A stretch of 64,000 nt of DNA from Bryobacterales bacterium (GCA_963422375.2 OY729428.2:928001-992000), one strand, 5' to 3'. Positions 39,290 to 50,194 are shown, numbered from the stretch's first letter. Made by a program: numbers and translations. Notes: generated by a model not told the origin, from the letters alone.

Positions 39290-40290
39290 ACAGTACCGGG
39301 TCATCGACGAGGTCGAACGCCCCGTCACCGTCGGTCGCGCCGCCGCCGATGCGGGCCTTGCCTGAGGGGGTGCGTCACGCACTCCTGCCCCGCGAGCGTC
39401 TGGACAGTGCTTGCGGGCTCCGAGCAGCCTAGGAACCGCGCTGCCATGACCGATGCCCCTGTCTCGCATGCGACCGTCGCCAGAAAACACAGGCCTCGCG
39501 AGCGGGGTCGCCTGCTGCTGCCGGCTGACGCCCACCGAGAAAGACCCCGGCGGAGGCGAACCTCCTCTCGGCGTCCACCTTGGAATCGACGCGCATCCTG
39601 CCGAACACCGACAACGGCTCCCGCAGTCCATCCGGCGCTTTCAGCCTCTTCGCGATCGATCACAGATACGGCTTGGTCTCGGTCGTCCCGAGCGCGAAGG
39701 AACACAGGAAGGGGGCCGATCCGCCGAGACGTCCCGATCCGCGGGTTCAGAGTACCGATACGCAACGGCCGAGCTTCGGATCGCCCTCCGCAACAGCCCG
39801 CATCCCGGAGCTTGGAACCCGCCAGGAGTGCTGTGCGCACGAGTCGCAGGACCTCCGGCGCGTGGAGACCGACCCTTCGAGAGCGCCTAGCCCAATATGC
39901 GCGCCCCGTGGAACTCGATCCGAAGCTCAAGGACGCGGGAGGCGTTCCGGCACTGCGCATCAACATCACTTGGGGCGACCGCAGGATGCACTTGTTCCCG
40001 AATTCGGCCGAAGCTCGGGAGGGGCTGCTCCGCGCCGCCGGAGCCGAGGGCATCCGCAACGTCGAGACGCCACGCCGACCGCGAAGTGCCGCCGACGAGC
40101 TCGGTTCGGCTTGGATGGACATCCACTTGGGACGCCCCGTGCAAGTCCGCTCTGCGCCAGCGAACCACGCTCGCGAGACTAGCAACTGGTTCCTGAGGGA
40201 TGGCGCAGCCCTCTCCATGATCGCGTGCGTGAATCCGACGACGATGCTGCTCTTGCCCTTCAAGCTACGGAGCGCCTTGTGAACCTTGCC
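39290..40290 (+). pseudogene. Heavily degraded GMC family oxidoreductase
   Basis: Motifs in shifting frames: VTVGRAA, CGPCLRGCVTHS (39350), ASTLESTRIL, VELDP..KDA.GVPALRI, ELGSAWM and DGAA....ACVNPT. Confidence 0.75.
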
Positions 40291-40499
40291 CAGCGAGGCC
40301 CCCGGGGTCGACGCCGGCAGGCGGCGCATCACCCTCGGCGAGTATTCTCGCGAGACTACGAGGCGCTACCGAAGTATCCTGGCGATATCGAGCGAATTCG
40401 CATTGGCCGGGGAGCCGGGCCCAAGGGATACGCTCCGCTGTCCGATAGCGCCAGCCCTTCGCCGCGGGGTGGAGGCGCCCGAGCGACAAGTTGATCGTC

Positions 40500-41135
40500 C
40501 GAACGCTCACCGTGCTCTCGATCAACCGCTCTCGCCCGCTGCCCCCGGCGACCGTGCTGACCGTCCCGCTCCGCAGGTCCAACTTGCGGACGCGGCTATT
40601 CCGTGAATCGGCGACGTACCGGGCGCGTCTCGCGGGGTCCACCCAAAGTCCGCTGGGATGGCCGAACTTAGCCTCGGACACGGGACCGTCGTCCCCGCCG
40701 AAGCGCTCGAAGCCCAGACCCGCAAACGGTCCGACCTCGCAGCCGCGCCCTCGGTCAACGATTCTTAGCACCAGGCTGTTGCGGGTGTCCGCCACGTAGA
40801 CGTTGCCGCCGCGATCCACGGCCACGACTTCGGGCTTGGTGAGCAGGGACCTGCGGGACGGAACCGTCGCACCGCCCGAGTCCCCCCGGTACATTCTTCG
40901 TTCCGGCGAGCGTGAGGAGCCGCCCGTTGGAGCCCACTTTCGGGTCTCCGTGCCAGCCGTACTCGGCGATGTACAGGTTCCCAGCGCCGTCCAGGGCAAC
41001 GCGGGACGGCGTCAGGACCGCTGGCACCGTGAGGGCCGGGCGCGAGTCGTCGGGCCTAGTCGCTTCGACTGTGCTCATCCGTCCGGGGGACAGATCCACC
41101 CTGCGGACCCGGTGATTCCAAGTATCGGCGATCTA
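40500..41135 (-). pseudogene. NHL-repeat protein remnant
   Basis: IADTWNHRVRRVD, VALDGAGNLYIAE, VAVDRGGNVYVADTRN and YVADSRNSRVRK, spread over two frames. Confidence 0.75.
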
Positions 41136-41139
41136 GCGG

Positions 41140-41741
41140 GCGGTCGCGGCTAATACGCTCGACCGGGAGATCCTTGCAGCACTCGAGACCCCCGAAGACC
41201 TGCACGGCCCAGTCCGCCACTGGGCCGAGCCTATCCGACAAGCACGCCTTGACCATCGAGACCTTTGCGCGCAGGTCGCAGCCCCGGTCGATGTCCCAAG
41301 CGGCCTCCAAGCATAGCGGCCTCGCGGACGCGGTGTCGATCGCGCTGCCGGACAGCTGCGACCAGATCAGCTGGAACTCGCCGATCGGGACGCCGAACTG
41401 GCAGCGTTCGCGGGCGTGGCGCGTCATCATCTCGAGCAGCAGCGTGGCCGTGCCGACCGCCCGTGCCCCGCAGTCGAAGAGCCGGACGCGCCCGATCAAG
41501 CCGAGCACGAGTCGCAGCCCGCGTCCATGCTCCGCGAGCAGGTGCTCGCGCCCGAGCCGCACATCGTCGAAGGACAGCTCGACGCGACTGCCGCCTCGCA
41601 GGCCCATCGTGGGCTGGCTGCGCCCGACCGACCCGCCCTTCATGGCCTTGTCGATTAGGAACAGCGAGATGCCACTCGCGCCGGCGTCCGGCTCGGTCCG
41701 GGCGGTCACCGCGAAGAAGTCGGCGAATGCCCCGTGTCCAT
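41140..41741 (-). pseudogene. Acyl-CoA dehydrogenase internal fragment
   Basis: ADFFAVTART, MGLRG, R.QFG.PIGEFQ and AVQVFGG...DLPVER motifs; N-terminal half and C-terminus missing. Confidence 0.8.
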
Positions 41742-42530
41742 TTAGTGAAGATCCTCCGTGGCTCCGCCGTCCACGGCAATGGCGGTGCCTTGGATGTGAC
41801 TGGACACGGGCGAGCAGAGGAAGACCGCCAGTCTCGCGACGTCTTGCGGCGTGCCGAGCCGACGCAAGCCGTGCTTCCTGATCGCCCGGGCCCGGACCTC
41901 ATCGGCGGTCAGCCCCAGCCGGGCGGCGCGGCTCTCGAAGAGTTCCTGCACGCGCTCGGTTTCCGTGAGGCCGGGATGGATCGCGTTGACGTTGACACCG
42001 TCGCGCTTTCCGCGCGCGGCAAGACCCTTGGTGAAGTTCGCCATCGCCGCGTTGACAGCCCCGCCGATCAGGAAATCCGGGTCCGGAGTGCGAGCAAAAC
42101 CGCCGACGATGTTGACGACGGATCCCCCGCGTTCCGCGAGGGCCGGCCAGAACAGCCGGCACAGGCGCACGCAGGAGTAGAACTTCAGCGCGAACCCGTC
42201 CTCCCAGAGCTCGTCCGGCTGCTCGAGGAAATCGCCGCCCCTAGTCGCTCCGGCGCTGTTGGCGAGGATGTCCAAGCCCCCGTAAGCGCCGAACACGGCC
42301 GAGCGGACCGCGGCGCAGCCCTTCGGCAGGCGCAGGTCCGACGCGAGCGACTCGACCCGGCGCCCACTCTCGACGGCGATCTGGCGACAGGCCTCGCTCA
42401 GGCGGGCCTGAGTCCTGGCGACAAGGAAGCAGTCGCAGCCGGACAGCGCCAGTTCCCTAGCTACCGCGCGGCCGATGCCGCGGCTCGCCCCGGTGACTAC
42501 CGCGACCCTTCCTTCCATGCTAAGGGCCAT
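41742..42530 (-). CDS. Short-chain dehydrogenase/reductase
   Basis: VTGASRGIG, NSAG and NAIHPG motifs. Confidence 0.9.
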   Translation of the reverse strand: MALSMEGRVAVVTGASRGIGRAVARELALSGCDCFLVARTQARLSEACRQIAVESGRRVESLASDLRLPKGCAAVRSAVFGAYGGLDILANSAGATRGGDFLEQPDELWEDGFALKFYSCVRLCRLFWPALAERGGSVVNIVGGFARTPDPDFLIGGAVNAAMANFTKGLAARGKRDGVNVNAIHPGLTETERVQELFESRAARLGLTADEVRARAIRKHGLRRLGTPQDVARLAVFLCSPVSSHIQGTAIAVDGGATEDLH

Positions 42531-42622
42531 GCCGGAATGCAAGAGCGTATCATGCATTGCGTGCGCCGGGCGGCGCCCTTGACGACGCGGCCGGGCGCGC
42601 TGGATCCGCCACCGAGGAGACC

Positions 42623-43021
42623 GTGAGCGCGCGCTTGTATCGAGTGGTTGTGCCGGTCGGCAACATCGACGAAGCGGCTGCCTTCTACGGAGCGCTGCTC
42701 GGATCAGCCGGATCGCGCGTCTCGCCGGGGAGGCACTACTTCGACTGCGGCGGCACGATTCTTGCCTGCTACGACCCCGTCCGGGACGGGGACGGCGCGG
42801 GCGACGGCTGGAGGCATCACCCCAACCAGTACCTGTACTTCGCCGTGCCGGACCTGGAGGCCGCCTTCGGGCGAGCGCGAGACCTGCGGTGCCCGGATCT
42901 CGACGAGCGCATCGCCGCCATGCCCTGGGGAGAACGGCTGTTCTACGCTCGCGACCTGTTCGGCAACCCGATCTGCTTCGTGGACGACCGGACGCTATTC
43001 ACGGGCACCGTGCGGCCATGA
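42623..43021 (+). CDS. VOC/glyoxalase family protein
   Basis: V.NIDEAAAFY..LLG, MPWGER.FY.RD.FGN motifs; gaggag SD. Confidence 0.88.
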   Translation: MSARLYRVVVPVGNIDEAAAFYGALLGSAGSRVSPGRHYFDCGGTILACYDPVRDGDGAGDGWRHHPNQYLYFAVPDLEAAFGRARDLRCPDLDERIAAMPWGERLFYARDLFGNPICFVDDRTLFTGTVRP

Positions 43022-43087
43022 AGGGTCCCTCGCCCATGCCTCCTGCCGCGGCCGCCCGGCCCGCATCGGACCCGAAGACTGCGAGAA

Positions 43088-44406
43088 TACGCCACCGACC
43101 GCGTCAAGAGCCATTGCTCGAAATCCGTGACCGAGGTTGCCGCTGAAGCCTTGCCGGCTTATCTGAATCCGGTGACCGCCACAGTCGCAGTCCAAGAGCG
43201 CGGCTACCGGCGGAAGTCCGAGCACGCCCGGATCGACGCCGTGCCGGGTTGGCTCTGCTGGCTTTGCAACAAGGCTCTGACCCAGAGGAGGCAGACTTGG
43301 GAAGAAGCCAAGCGGAGAGCCACGCATTTGGACCAGTGCAGTCGCCTGCCGGAATTCCGCATGGCAGTGCTGACGATACTTGGCAGTGTCTACGGGAAAG
43401 CGCTCGACGCTACGCTCGCGCGGGTGGACAAGGCGTTCGACGCATTCTTCCGCCGATGCAGGGCCGGCGAGAAGCCGGGCTAGCCGTGCTTCAAGCCCGC
43501 CGGCAGGTTCCGCATGATCGAGCGCTTGCGCCCCCCCACGGCTCTGGGCGCGAGGGGCGGGCGCCAATGTCCTGCGCATCAAAGGGCTACCGAACATCGA
43601 GAACAAGCCACGGCGCGAGCTGCCGGGTCTCAACCCGAAGTTCGTGTGCATCACGTGTACCGGCGCGGGCATCTACGTGGACTTGGTGTTCAATGGCACC
43701 TGCAAGCAGCCGCTGCCGCCGTCCGAGACTGCCATCGGCATCGACCTTGGAGCGACGGAGCAGGTCGCAACGAGCGATGGGGAGCGGATCAGCGGGGTGG
43801 ACGATACGGAACGCCGCAGCACAATCCGGAAGCGGAGCCGGGCGGTCGCTCGCTCGAAGAAGGGCAGCAGGAGGCGCAAGAAGTGCGCGAAGGCACTCTG
43901 CGAGGTGCATCGCAAGCGACATGTATCGAAGCGCAACGCCTGCCATCGCCAGTCCACGCGGCTGGTCCACGAGCACGGCACGATCGTTGCGGAGGAACAG
44001 AACATCGGGAACATGGTTCGATCCGCGAAGGGCACTATCACAGCGCCCGGAACCAACGTCAAGACGAAGCCTGGACTGAATCGCTCGATTCCGGGCCGGT
44101 CATGGGAATTGCTGCTAGGGCAGCTTGCTTACAAGGCAGAACGGGCCGGTCGCAAGTTCAAGCAGGTCTGTCCCGCCTATACGTGGCAGCTGTTCCATCG
44201 ATGCGCCGTAGTGGACACTCGCATCGCAAGGACAAAGGGTACGCGTGCAAGCGCTGCGGCTACTCGGGCGATGCGGACGTCAACGCGGCGATCAAGGTCT
44301 TGCAGGCGCTGACGTCGCCTGCGGCAGCTTCCAACCGCGGACGGGGCCGTAGTGCTTTCGGGAATCGTCGAAGTCAGCCATGACTCTTGACGCGTTCAGT
44401 AGAGTA
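43088..44406. mobile_element. tnpB-only element bounded by 31-bp imperfect inverted repeats
   Basis: 43088-43118 tacgccaccgaccgcgtcaagagccattgct vs reverse complement of 44376-44406 tactctactgaacgcgtcaagagtcatggct: 25/31, with an 11-bp perfect core. Confidence 0.7.
43127..44383 (+). pseudogene. tnpB: RNA-guided endonuclease TnpB (IS605 OrfB family), inactivated
   Basis: RVDKAFDAFFRR...EKPG*PCFK (TAG at 43481); RuvC-I AIGIDLG; RuvC-II IVAEE; GLNRSI; Zn ribbon CKRCG; RuvC-III DADVNAA. Frameshifts near 43550 and 44210. Confidence 0.9.
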
Positions 44407-44439
44407 AACGGTTGAAAGCGAGCCCAAGAGCTTCCCGCG

Positions 44440-46845
44440 ATGTTCCATCCTGCCGTGTCGAAGGGCGGGCGCGTCGTCCATCCGACGGCGACGGGCGGCC
44501 ATACGGGTCCGGCCGGGGCGGCCCTGCTCGCGCTACTAGTCGCGGCCGCCGCCGGACTCGCCCAGGACGCCGCACCCGGGGGCGCCGCGGCAGCCGCACG
44601 CTCGCTGCTGGACCAATACTGCGTGGCCTGCCACAGCGGCAACGCGGCGAACGCCGGCCTGCGGCTTGACACGGCGGACCTCGACCGAATCGAGCGAGAT
44701 CCCGCGATCTGGGAGGGCGTCGCGCACAAGCTGCGCACGAGCACTATGCCGCCGACCGGCCTGCCCGCGCCTCCCGGACCGGTGCGCCGGGCCTTCCTCG
44801 ACCGGCTGGAGGAGGCACTCGACTCGGCGGCTGCGGCCCGTCCCGATCCGGGCCGCACCCAAGGGCTGCGCCGGCTGAACCGCACCGAATACCGCAACGC
44901 GGTCCGCGACCTCCTAGCGGTCGACATCGACGTGGAGACTCTCCTGCCGCACGACGAGAGCGGCCACGGGTTCGACAACGTGAACGTCGGCGACCTCTCG
45001 CCGACGCTCCTCGACCGGTACATCTCGGCCGCGCAGAAGATCGCGCGGCTGGCCGTCGGCAGCGGCGCCTCGTCGCCCCGGACGCAGATTCTACGCGTGC
45101 GGGCGGACCGGACGCAGGAGCGGCACCTGCCGGGCCTGCCCCTCGGAACGCGCGGCGGGAATGCCTTCGCGGTGACGTTCCCTCGGAGCGGCGAGTACGA
45201 AGTCCGGATCTGGCTCACGCGCAATCGCAACGAGGAGATCGAGGGTCTCGGGCGGGCTCACGACCTGCATCTGCTGCTGGACCGCGAGCTCGTCCATTCG
45301 TTCACCGTCCGGCCGCCGAGAGACCGCCTGGATCACGCGGAAGTCGACAACCACCTGCACGCCCGGCTGCAGGTCGGAGCCGGGCCGCACGAGCTGGCCG
45401 TGACGTTTCCCAAGACCGAGTCGTCGCTGCTGGAGACGATGCGCCAGCCCACGCAGGCGCGCTTCAACATGCACCGGCACCCGCGTACCGCGCCTGCGCT
45501 GTTCCAGGTCTCTGTCACAGGTCCGTTCAAGGTCACGGGCGCGGGCGACACGCCCGCCCGGCGCCGGCTTTTCGCTTGTCGGCCCGCGTCGCAGGCCGAC
45601 GAGGATCGATGCGCCGAACAGGTGCTGTCGACCCTCCTGCGCCGGGCCTACCGCCGCCCGGTCTCGGCGGAGGATTTGGCAGGCCCGCTGGAGTTCTACC
45701 GCAAGGGCCGCGCCGACGGCAGCTTCGACGAGGGCATCGAGAGGGCTCTGGCCTCCGCGCTAGTCAGCCCCGAATTCCTCTTCCGCACGGAGGCCGAACC
45801 CGAGGGGCTCGAGGCGGGCGAGGCCTATCGCATCGGCGCCTTCGAACTGGCCTCTCGGCTGTCGTTCTTTCTCTGGAGCAGCATTCCGGACGACGAGCTG
45901 CTCGACGCCGCCGAGCGAGGGGAGCTAGCGAAGCCGGAGGGACTCGAGCGGCAGGCCCGGCGGATGCTGGGGGACCCGCGCGCGTCAAACCTCGCCTCGA
46001 ATTTCGCCGGGCAGTGGCTCCGCCTGCGAAGCCTGGAGTCGTTCTCGCCGAACGCCCGCCTGTTCCCCGACTTCGACGACAACCTGCGGCAGGCCCTGCG
46101 GCAGGAGACGGAGCGATTCGTGGACAGCGTCCTGCGCGAAGGCCGCAGCGCGCTGGACCTGATCCGAGCGGACTACACGTTCTTGAACGAGAGGCTCGCC
46201 CGGCACTACCGCATCCCCGGCGTCTACGGGACGCGGTTCCGACGGGTGCGGCTCCCGGAGGGCAGCAAGCGCGGCGGCCTGCTGCGGCACGGCAGCGTGC
46301 TGGCCGTCACGTCCTACCCGACCCGAACCTCGCCCGTCCTGCGCGGTACGTGGATCCTCGAGAACCTCTTCGGCGCGCCGCCCCCGCCTCCGCCTCCGAA
46401 CGTGCCGGCCCTCGACAACCCCGTGTCGGCCAAGCTTCCCATGCGCGAGAGGCTGGCCGCGCACAGGGACAACCCCGCTTGCGCGAGCTGCCACATGACG
46501 ATCGATCCGGTGGGCTTCGCGCTGGAGAACTTCGACGCGCTCGGCCGCTGGCGGGACTACGAGGACGGCGCGGCGATCGATCCGACCGGCGGGCTGCCGG
46601 GAAGCGGGCCAGCCGCCGCGGGCCCCGACGGCCTCGAGCGCAGCCTCCTGAACCGGCCGGAGCTCTTCGCGGGCACGCTGACCCGCAAGCTGCTGACGTT
46701 CGCCCTAGGAAGAGGCGTCGAATCCTACGATGAACCGGCAATCCGAGAGATTCTGAGGGCGGCCGAGCCCGGAAAATACCGGTTCTCGGATCTGATCGTC
46801 GGTATCGTGAAGAGCGTACCGTTCAGAATGAGGAATACCGCATGA
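44440..46845 (+). CDS. DUF1592/DUF1588/DUF1587/DUF1595/DUF1585 domain protein with two c-type heme motifs
   Basis: CVACH, RRLNRTEYRN, ELASRLSFFLWSS.PD, TSPVLRG.WIL and CASCH...DPVGFALENFD motifs. Confidence 0.9.
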   Translation: MFHPAVSKGGRVVHPTATGGHTGPAGAALLALLVAAAAGLAQDAAPGGAAAAARSLLDQYCVACHSGNAANAGLRLDTADLDRIERDPAIWEGVAHKLRTSTMPPTGLPAPPGPVRRAFLDRLEEALDSAAAARPDPGRTQGLRRLNRTEYRNAVRDLLAVDIDVETLLPHDESGHGFDNVNVGDLSPTLLDRYISAAQKIARLAVGSGASSPRTQILRVRADRTQERHLPGLPLGTRGGNAFAVTFPRSGEYEVRIWLTRNRNEEIEGLGRAHDLHLLLDRELVHSFTVRPPRDRLDHAEVDNHLHARLQVGAGPHELAVTFPKTESSLLETMRQPTQARFNMHRHPRTAPALFQVSVTGPFKVTGAGDTPARRRLFACRPASQADEDRCAEQVLSTLLRRAYRRPVSAEDLAGPLEFYRKGRADGSFDEGIERALASALVSPEFLFRTEAEPEGLEAGEAYRIGAFELASRLSFFLWSSIPDDELLDAAERGELAKPEGLERQARRMLGDPRASNLASNFAGQWLRLRSLESFSPNARLFPDFDDNLRQALRQETERFVDSVLREGRSALDLIRADYTFLNERLARHYRIPGVYGTRFRRVRLPEGSKRGGLLRHGSVLAVTSYPTRTSPVLRGTWILENLFGAPPPPPPPNVPALDNPVSAKLPMRERLAAHRDNPACASCHMTIDPVGFALENFDALGRWRDYEDGAAIDPTGGLPGSGPAAAGPDGLERSLLNRPELFAGTLTRKLLTFALGRGVESYDEPAIREILRAAEPGKYRFSDLIVGIVKSVPFRMRNTA

Positions 46846-48185
46846 TCATCACGAAGAAGGCGCTCCCTCGAAGAACGCTGCTGCGCGGGATGGGTGCTTC
46901 CCTGGCCCTGCCCTTGCTGGACGCCATGGTGCCGGCGGCAACGGCTCTGGACAGAACCCCGGCCAAGCCGGTGCCCCGGCTGGGCTTCGTGTTCGTCCCG
47001 ATGGGATGCGACCACTCGCGCTGGACGCCGGCCAGCGGGCCCGAGCTCGGCAGGCTGCCGACCATCCTCGAACCGCTGGAGAGCGTCAAGGAAGACCTCG
47101 TGGTCTTCACGAACTTCGACCTTAAGAACGCCTATCCCGGCACGCACTCGACTTCCAACTCCGGCTTCCTGAGCGCGGCCTTCGCCAAGCACACGGAGAG
47201 CTCCGACTACTATCTCGGCACGACCGTCGACCAGCACGCGGCGCGCGCGCTGGGCAAGGACACGCAGCTGCCTTCGCTCGAGCTGTCGATGGACCTCCTG
47301 CAGACGGTCGGGCAGTGCAACAACGGGTACGCCTGCGTCTACCAGAACAACCTCTCGTGGTCGTCCCCGACCACCCCGCTGCCGTCGGAGGCGCATCCGC
47401 GCATCGTCTTCGAGCGCATCTTCGGCGAGGGCGGGAGCCCGGACGAACGCCGGGCCGCGCTGCAGGCGAGAGCCAGCCTGCTCGACTGGGTCCGGGACGA
47501 CATCGGCCGGCTGATGCGCAAGCTGGGCGAGACGGACCGCCGGCGCGTGGACGGGTACCTATCGAGCATCCGCGAGGTGGAGCGGCAGATCCAGCGGGCC
47601 GAGGCCAGCGCTGCCGACAATCCCCTGCCCGACCTCGACCGCCCGCAGGGCGTGCCCACCGCGTACGCGGACCACGCCCGGCTGATGTTCGACCTGCAGC
47701 GCCTCGCCTTCCAAGGCGATATCACGCGGGTCGTCACGTTCCAGCTGGCGCGCGAGCTGAGCGGCCGCACCTACCCCGAGGTGGGCGTGCCCGACCCGCA
47801 CCATCCCCTGAGCCATCACGGCAACGACCCCGAGAAGGTAGAGAAGATCTCGCGGATCAACCGCTTTCACGTCTCGCTCTTCGCCGAGCACGTGGAGAAG
47901 CTGAAGGCCACGCCGGACGGCGAGGGGTCACTGCTGGACCACAGTGTCCTGCTCTACGGCAGCGGGATGGGCAATCCGAGCAAGCACGACCACGACAACC
48001 TGCCGATCCTCGTGGCCGGCGGGGCGGCCTGCGGCGTGCAAGGCGGCCGACACGTCCGGTACGAGGAAGCAACGCCGCTGGCCAACCTCCACCTGACCCT
48101 GCTGGACCGCGTCGGCGTGTACCTCGACTCGTTCGGCGACAGCAGCGGCAAGATTCACGACCTGTTCCGGAGCGTGCCCGTCTAG
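46842..48185 (+). CDS. DUF1552 family protein
   Basis: RRTLLRG.G..LALPLLDAM, GYACVY, HHPLSHH and YGSGM motifs; ATGA overlap with the previous gene. Confidence 0.9.
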   Translation: MIITKKALPRRTLLRGMGASLALPLLDAMVPAATALDRTPAKPVPRLGFVFVPMGCDHSRWTPASGPELGRLPTILEPLESVKEDLVVFTNFDLKNAYPGTHSTSNSGFLSAAFAKHTESSDYYLGTTVDQHAARALGKDTQLPSLELSMDLLQTVGQCNNGYACVYQNNLSWSSPTTPLPSEAHPRIVFERIFGEGGSPDERRAALQARASLLDWVRDDIGRLMRKLGETDRRRVDGYLSSIREVERQIQRAEASAADNPLPDLDRPQGVPTAYADHARLMFDLQRLAFQGDITRVVTFQLARELSGRTYPEVGVPDPHHPLSHHGNDPEKVEKISRINRFHVSLFAEHVEKLKATPDGEGSLLDHSVLLYGSGMGNPSKHDHDNLPILVAGGAACGVQGGRHVRYEEATPLANLHLTLLDRVGVYLDSFGDSSGKIHDLFRSVPV

Positions 48186-48231
48186 AGAGGCAGCCGGCAT
48201 CGAGGAGAGGCAACCGAAGGAGGCACGAGCC

Positions 48232-49737
48232 ATGCATCGCGGAGGCGCCCCGGTACTCCTCCTGCTGCTCGCAGGACTGACCGGCCAGTTGGCGACCGCA
48301 AGCCGTCTCGGCTTGGCGGACGCCGCCGAGACCGGCAACGGGGAAGCCTTGCGGTCGTTGCTCGAGGCTGGTGCCGACGCCAACGCGGCGCAGCCCGACG
48401 GCACTACCGCCCTCCACTGGGCCGCCTACCGCAACGACACAGTGATGGCGGAGCTGCTCCTCGAGGCCGGAGCGGACGCGAATGCCGCGAACCGCTACGG
48501 CGTTCCCGCCCTTTCCCTCGCCTGCGCCAATCGCAACGCGGCGCTCGTCCGGCGGCTGCTGGAGGCGGACGCCGATCCCAACGCGGCCCTGCCCGGGGGC
48601 GAGACCGTCCTGATGACGGCGGCGCGAGCCGGGCGCCTGGACGCGGTCCGGGCGCTGCTCGCCGCGGGGGCGGATCCGAACGCGGCGGAGCGAAACGCCC
48701 AGACCGCGATCATGTGGGCGTCGGCCGAAGGCCACGCCCCGGTCGTGGACGCTTTGATCGAGGCCGGCGCGGACTACGGCAAGACGCTGGATTCCGGCTT
48801 CAACGCGCTGTTCTTCGCGGTGCGCGAAGGCCGCCCCGCGGTCCTGCGCTCGCTCATGCGGGCCGGGGTCGAAGTGAATCAGGCCCTCCGGCGGCGGAAC
48901 CGGCCGCGATACCAGGAGGCCCAGAGCGGGATCAGCCCCCTGCTGCTCGCGATCGAGAACGGGCACTTCGAGCTGGCGGTCGCGCTGTTGGAGGGCGGAG
49001 CCGACCCGAACGACGAGCGAACCGGGTACACCCCGCTTCACACGATCACGTGGGTGCGCAAGCCGAAGGTCAGCGACTACGGCAGCGACCCCGCCCCGGA
49101 AGGGTCGGGCAACCTCTCGAGCCTGCAGTTCGTGCGCACGCTCGTGGCGATGGGCGCGGATGTCAACGCGAGGTTGCAGAACGGCAGGCACCAAGCCCCG
49201 AAGGTCAACGTGCGAGGCGCGACGCCGTTCCTGTTCGCGTCCGACAAGGCGGACGTGCCTCTGATGAATGTCCTCCTCGAGCTGGGAGCGGATCCGTTCC
49301 TTCCCAACGCGGAGAACACCACTCCCCTGATGATGGCGGCGGGCCTCGGCACGATGGCGCCGCTCGAAGAGGCGGGGACGGAGGAGGAGGCTCTGGAGGC
49401 GACCGCGGTCCTGCTGGCGCTGGGGGCCGACATCGACGCGGTCGACAACAACGGCGAGACCGCCATGCACGGCTCGGCGTACGGCAGCTTCCCGAGGGTG
49501 ATCCGGCTCCTCGCCGACAGCGGCGCCGACCCGGCCGTCTGGAGCCGCCCGAACAAGCACGGCTGGACGCCGCTGTTCATCGCGGAGGGATACCGCACGG
49601 GCAACTTCAAGCCCATGCCCTTGGCGATCGCCGCGGTCACCGCGGTGATGGCTGAGCACGGGATTCCGACCGACGGTCCGCGTCCCCGACATTTCGACCT
49701 CTACGAACGAGCGGTCGTTCCCGCGAAGGCGCAGTAG
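48232..49737 (+). CDS. Exported ankyrin-repeat protein
   Basis: Signal peptide; repeated G.TALHWA...LLEAGAD.N units. Confidence 0.92.
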   Translation: MHRGGAPVLLLLLAGLTGQLATASRLGLADAAETGNGEALRSLLEAGADANAAQPDGTTALHWAAYRNDTVMAELLLEAGADANAANRYGVPALSLACANRNAALVRRLLEADADPNAALPGGETVLMTAARAGRLDAVRALLAAGADPNAAERNAQTAIMWASAEGHAPVVDALIEAGADYGKTLDSGFNALFFAVREGRPAVLRSLMRAGVEVNQALRRRNRPRYQEAQSGISPLLLAIENGHFELAVALLEGGADPNDERTGYTPLHTITWVRKPKVSDYGSDPAPEGSGNLSSLQFVRTLVAMGADVNARLQNGRHQAPKVNVRGATPFLFASDKADVPLMNVLLELGADPFLPNAENTTPLMMAAGLGTMAPLEEAGTEEEALEATAVLLALGADIDAVDNNGETAMHGSAYGSFPRVIRLLADSGADPAVWSRPNKHGWTPLFIAEGYRTGNFKPMPLAIAAVTAVMAEHGIPTDGPRPRHFDLYERAVVPAKAQ

Positions 49738-50194
49738 CAGCCCGCAGACGATTCGCCCCGGAAACGCCGCGCGCCTGCGCCAGCCGACGCGGTCGCATCG
49801 CTAGGTGGTCCTGCTGGCCGGGGGCTCGCAGGCCCATGATCCGCACACTCGACAGGCCGTTCGCCTGCCGCTAGGGTCCCCGCAGCCGCCGGCTTGCGAG
49901 GCTGCCAGCGTGCCAGCATCCCGACCGGCGGACCGTCCGTTCGTTGCGCTCGCAAGACCCGGCGCCTCGCTGCCCGGGCACGGGAATCCCCGCGGCTCCC
50001 TCGGTAGCCCACAATGACTCCACTTTCCGGCTCGAACAGGAGATTCCCGACGGTCGAGGCTCGCACCGCGCGGGGCGATCAAGTGCCGGTCGGCGAGAGG
50101 ATTCTTGTCGCCTTCCGGAACGGGCCGCGATCACCGACCCCTTGCCCGTTCAAGTGACTACGCGAGCGACAGGATCGGACGCCGGGCGGCCGAT

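Noticed and set aside
8527..43483. In-frame TAG codons in three genes (8527, 9180, 43481) suggesting amber recoding
   Set aside because: Many intact genes end in TAG at their expected C-termini (2569, 6479, 10355, 20967, 48185). The affected genes are also frameshifted or truncated, so they are pseudogenes.
49738..50194. 457-bp gap between convergent ankyrin and M23 genes, with short ORFs
   Set aside because: No motif, repeat or stable structure could be supported.
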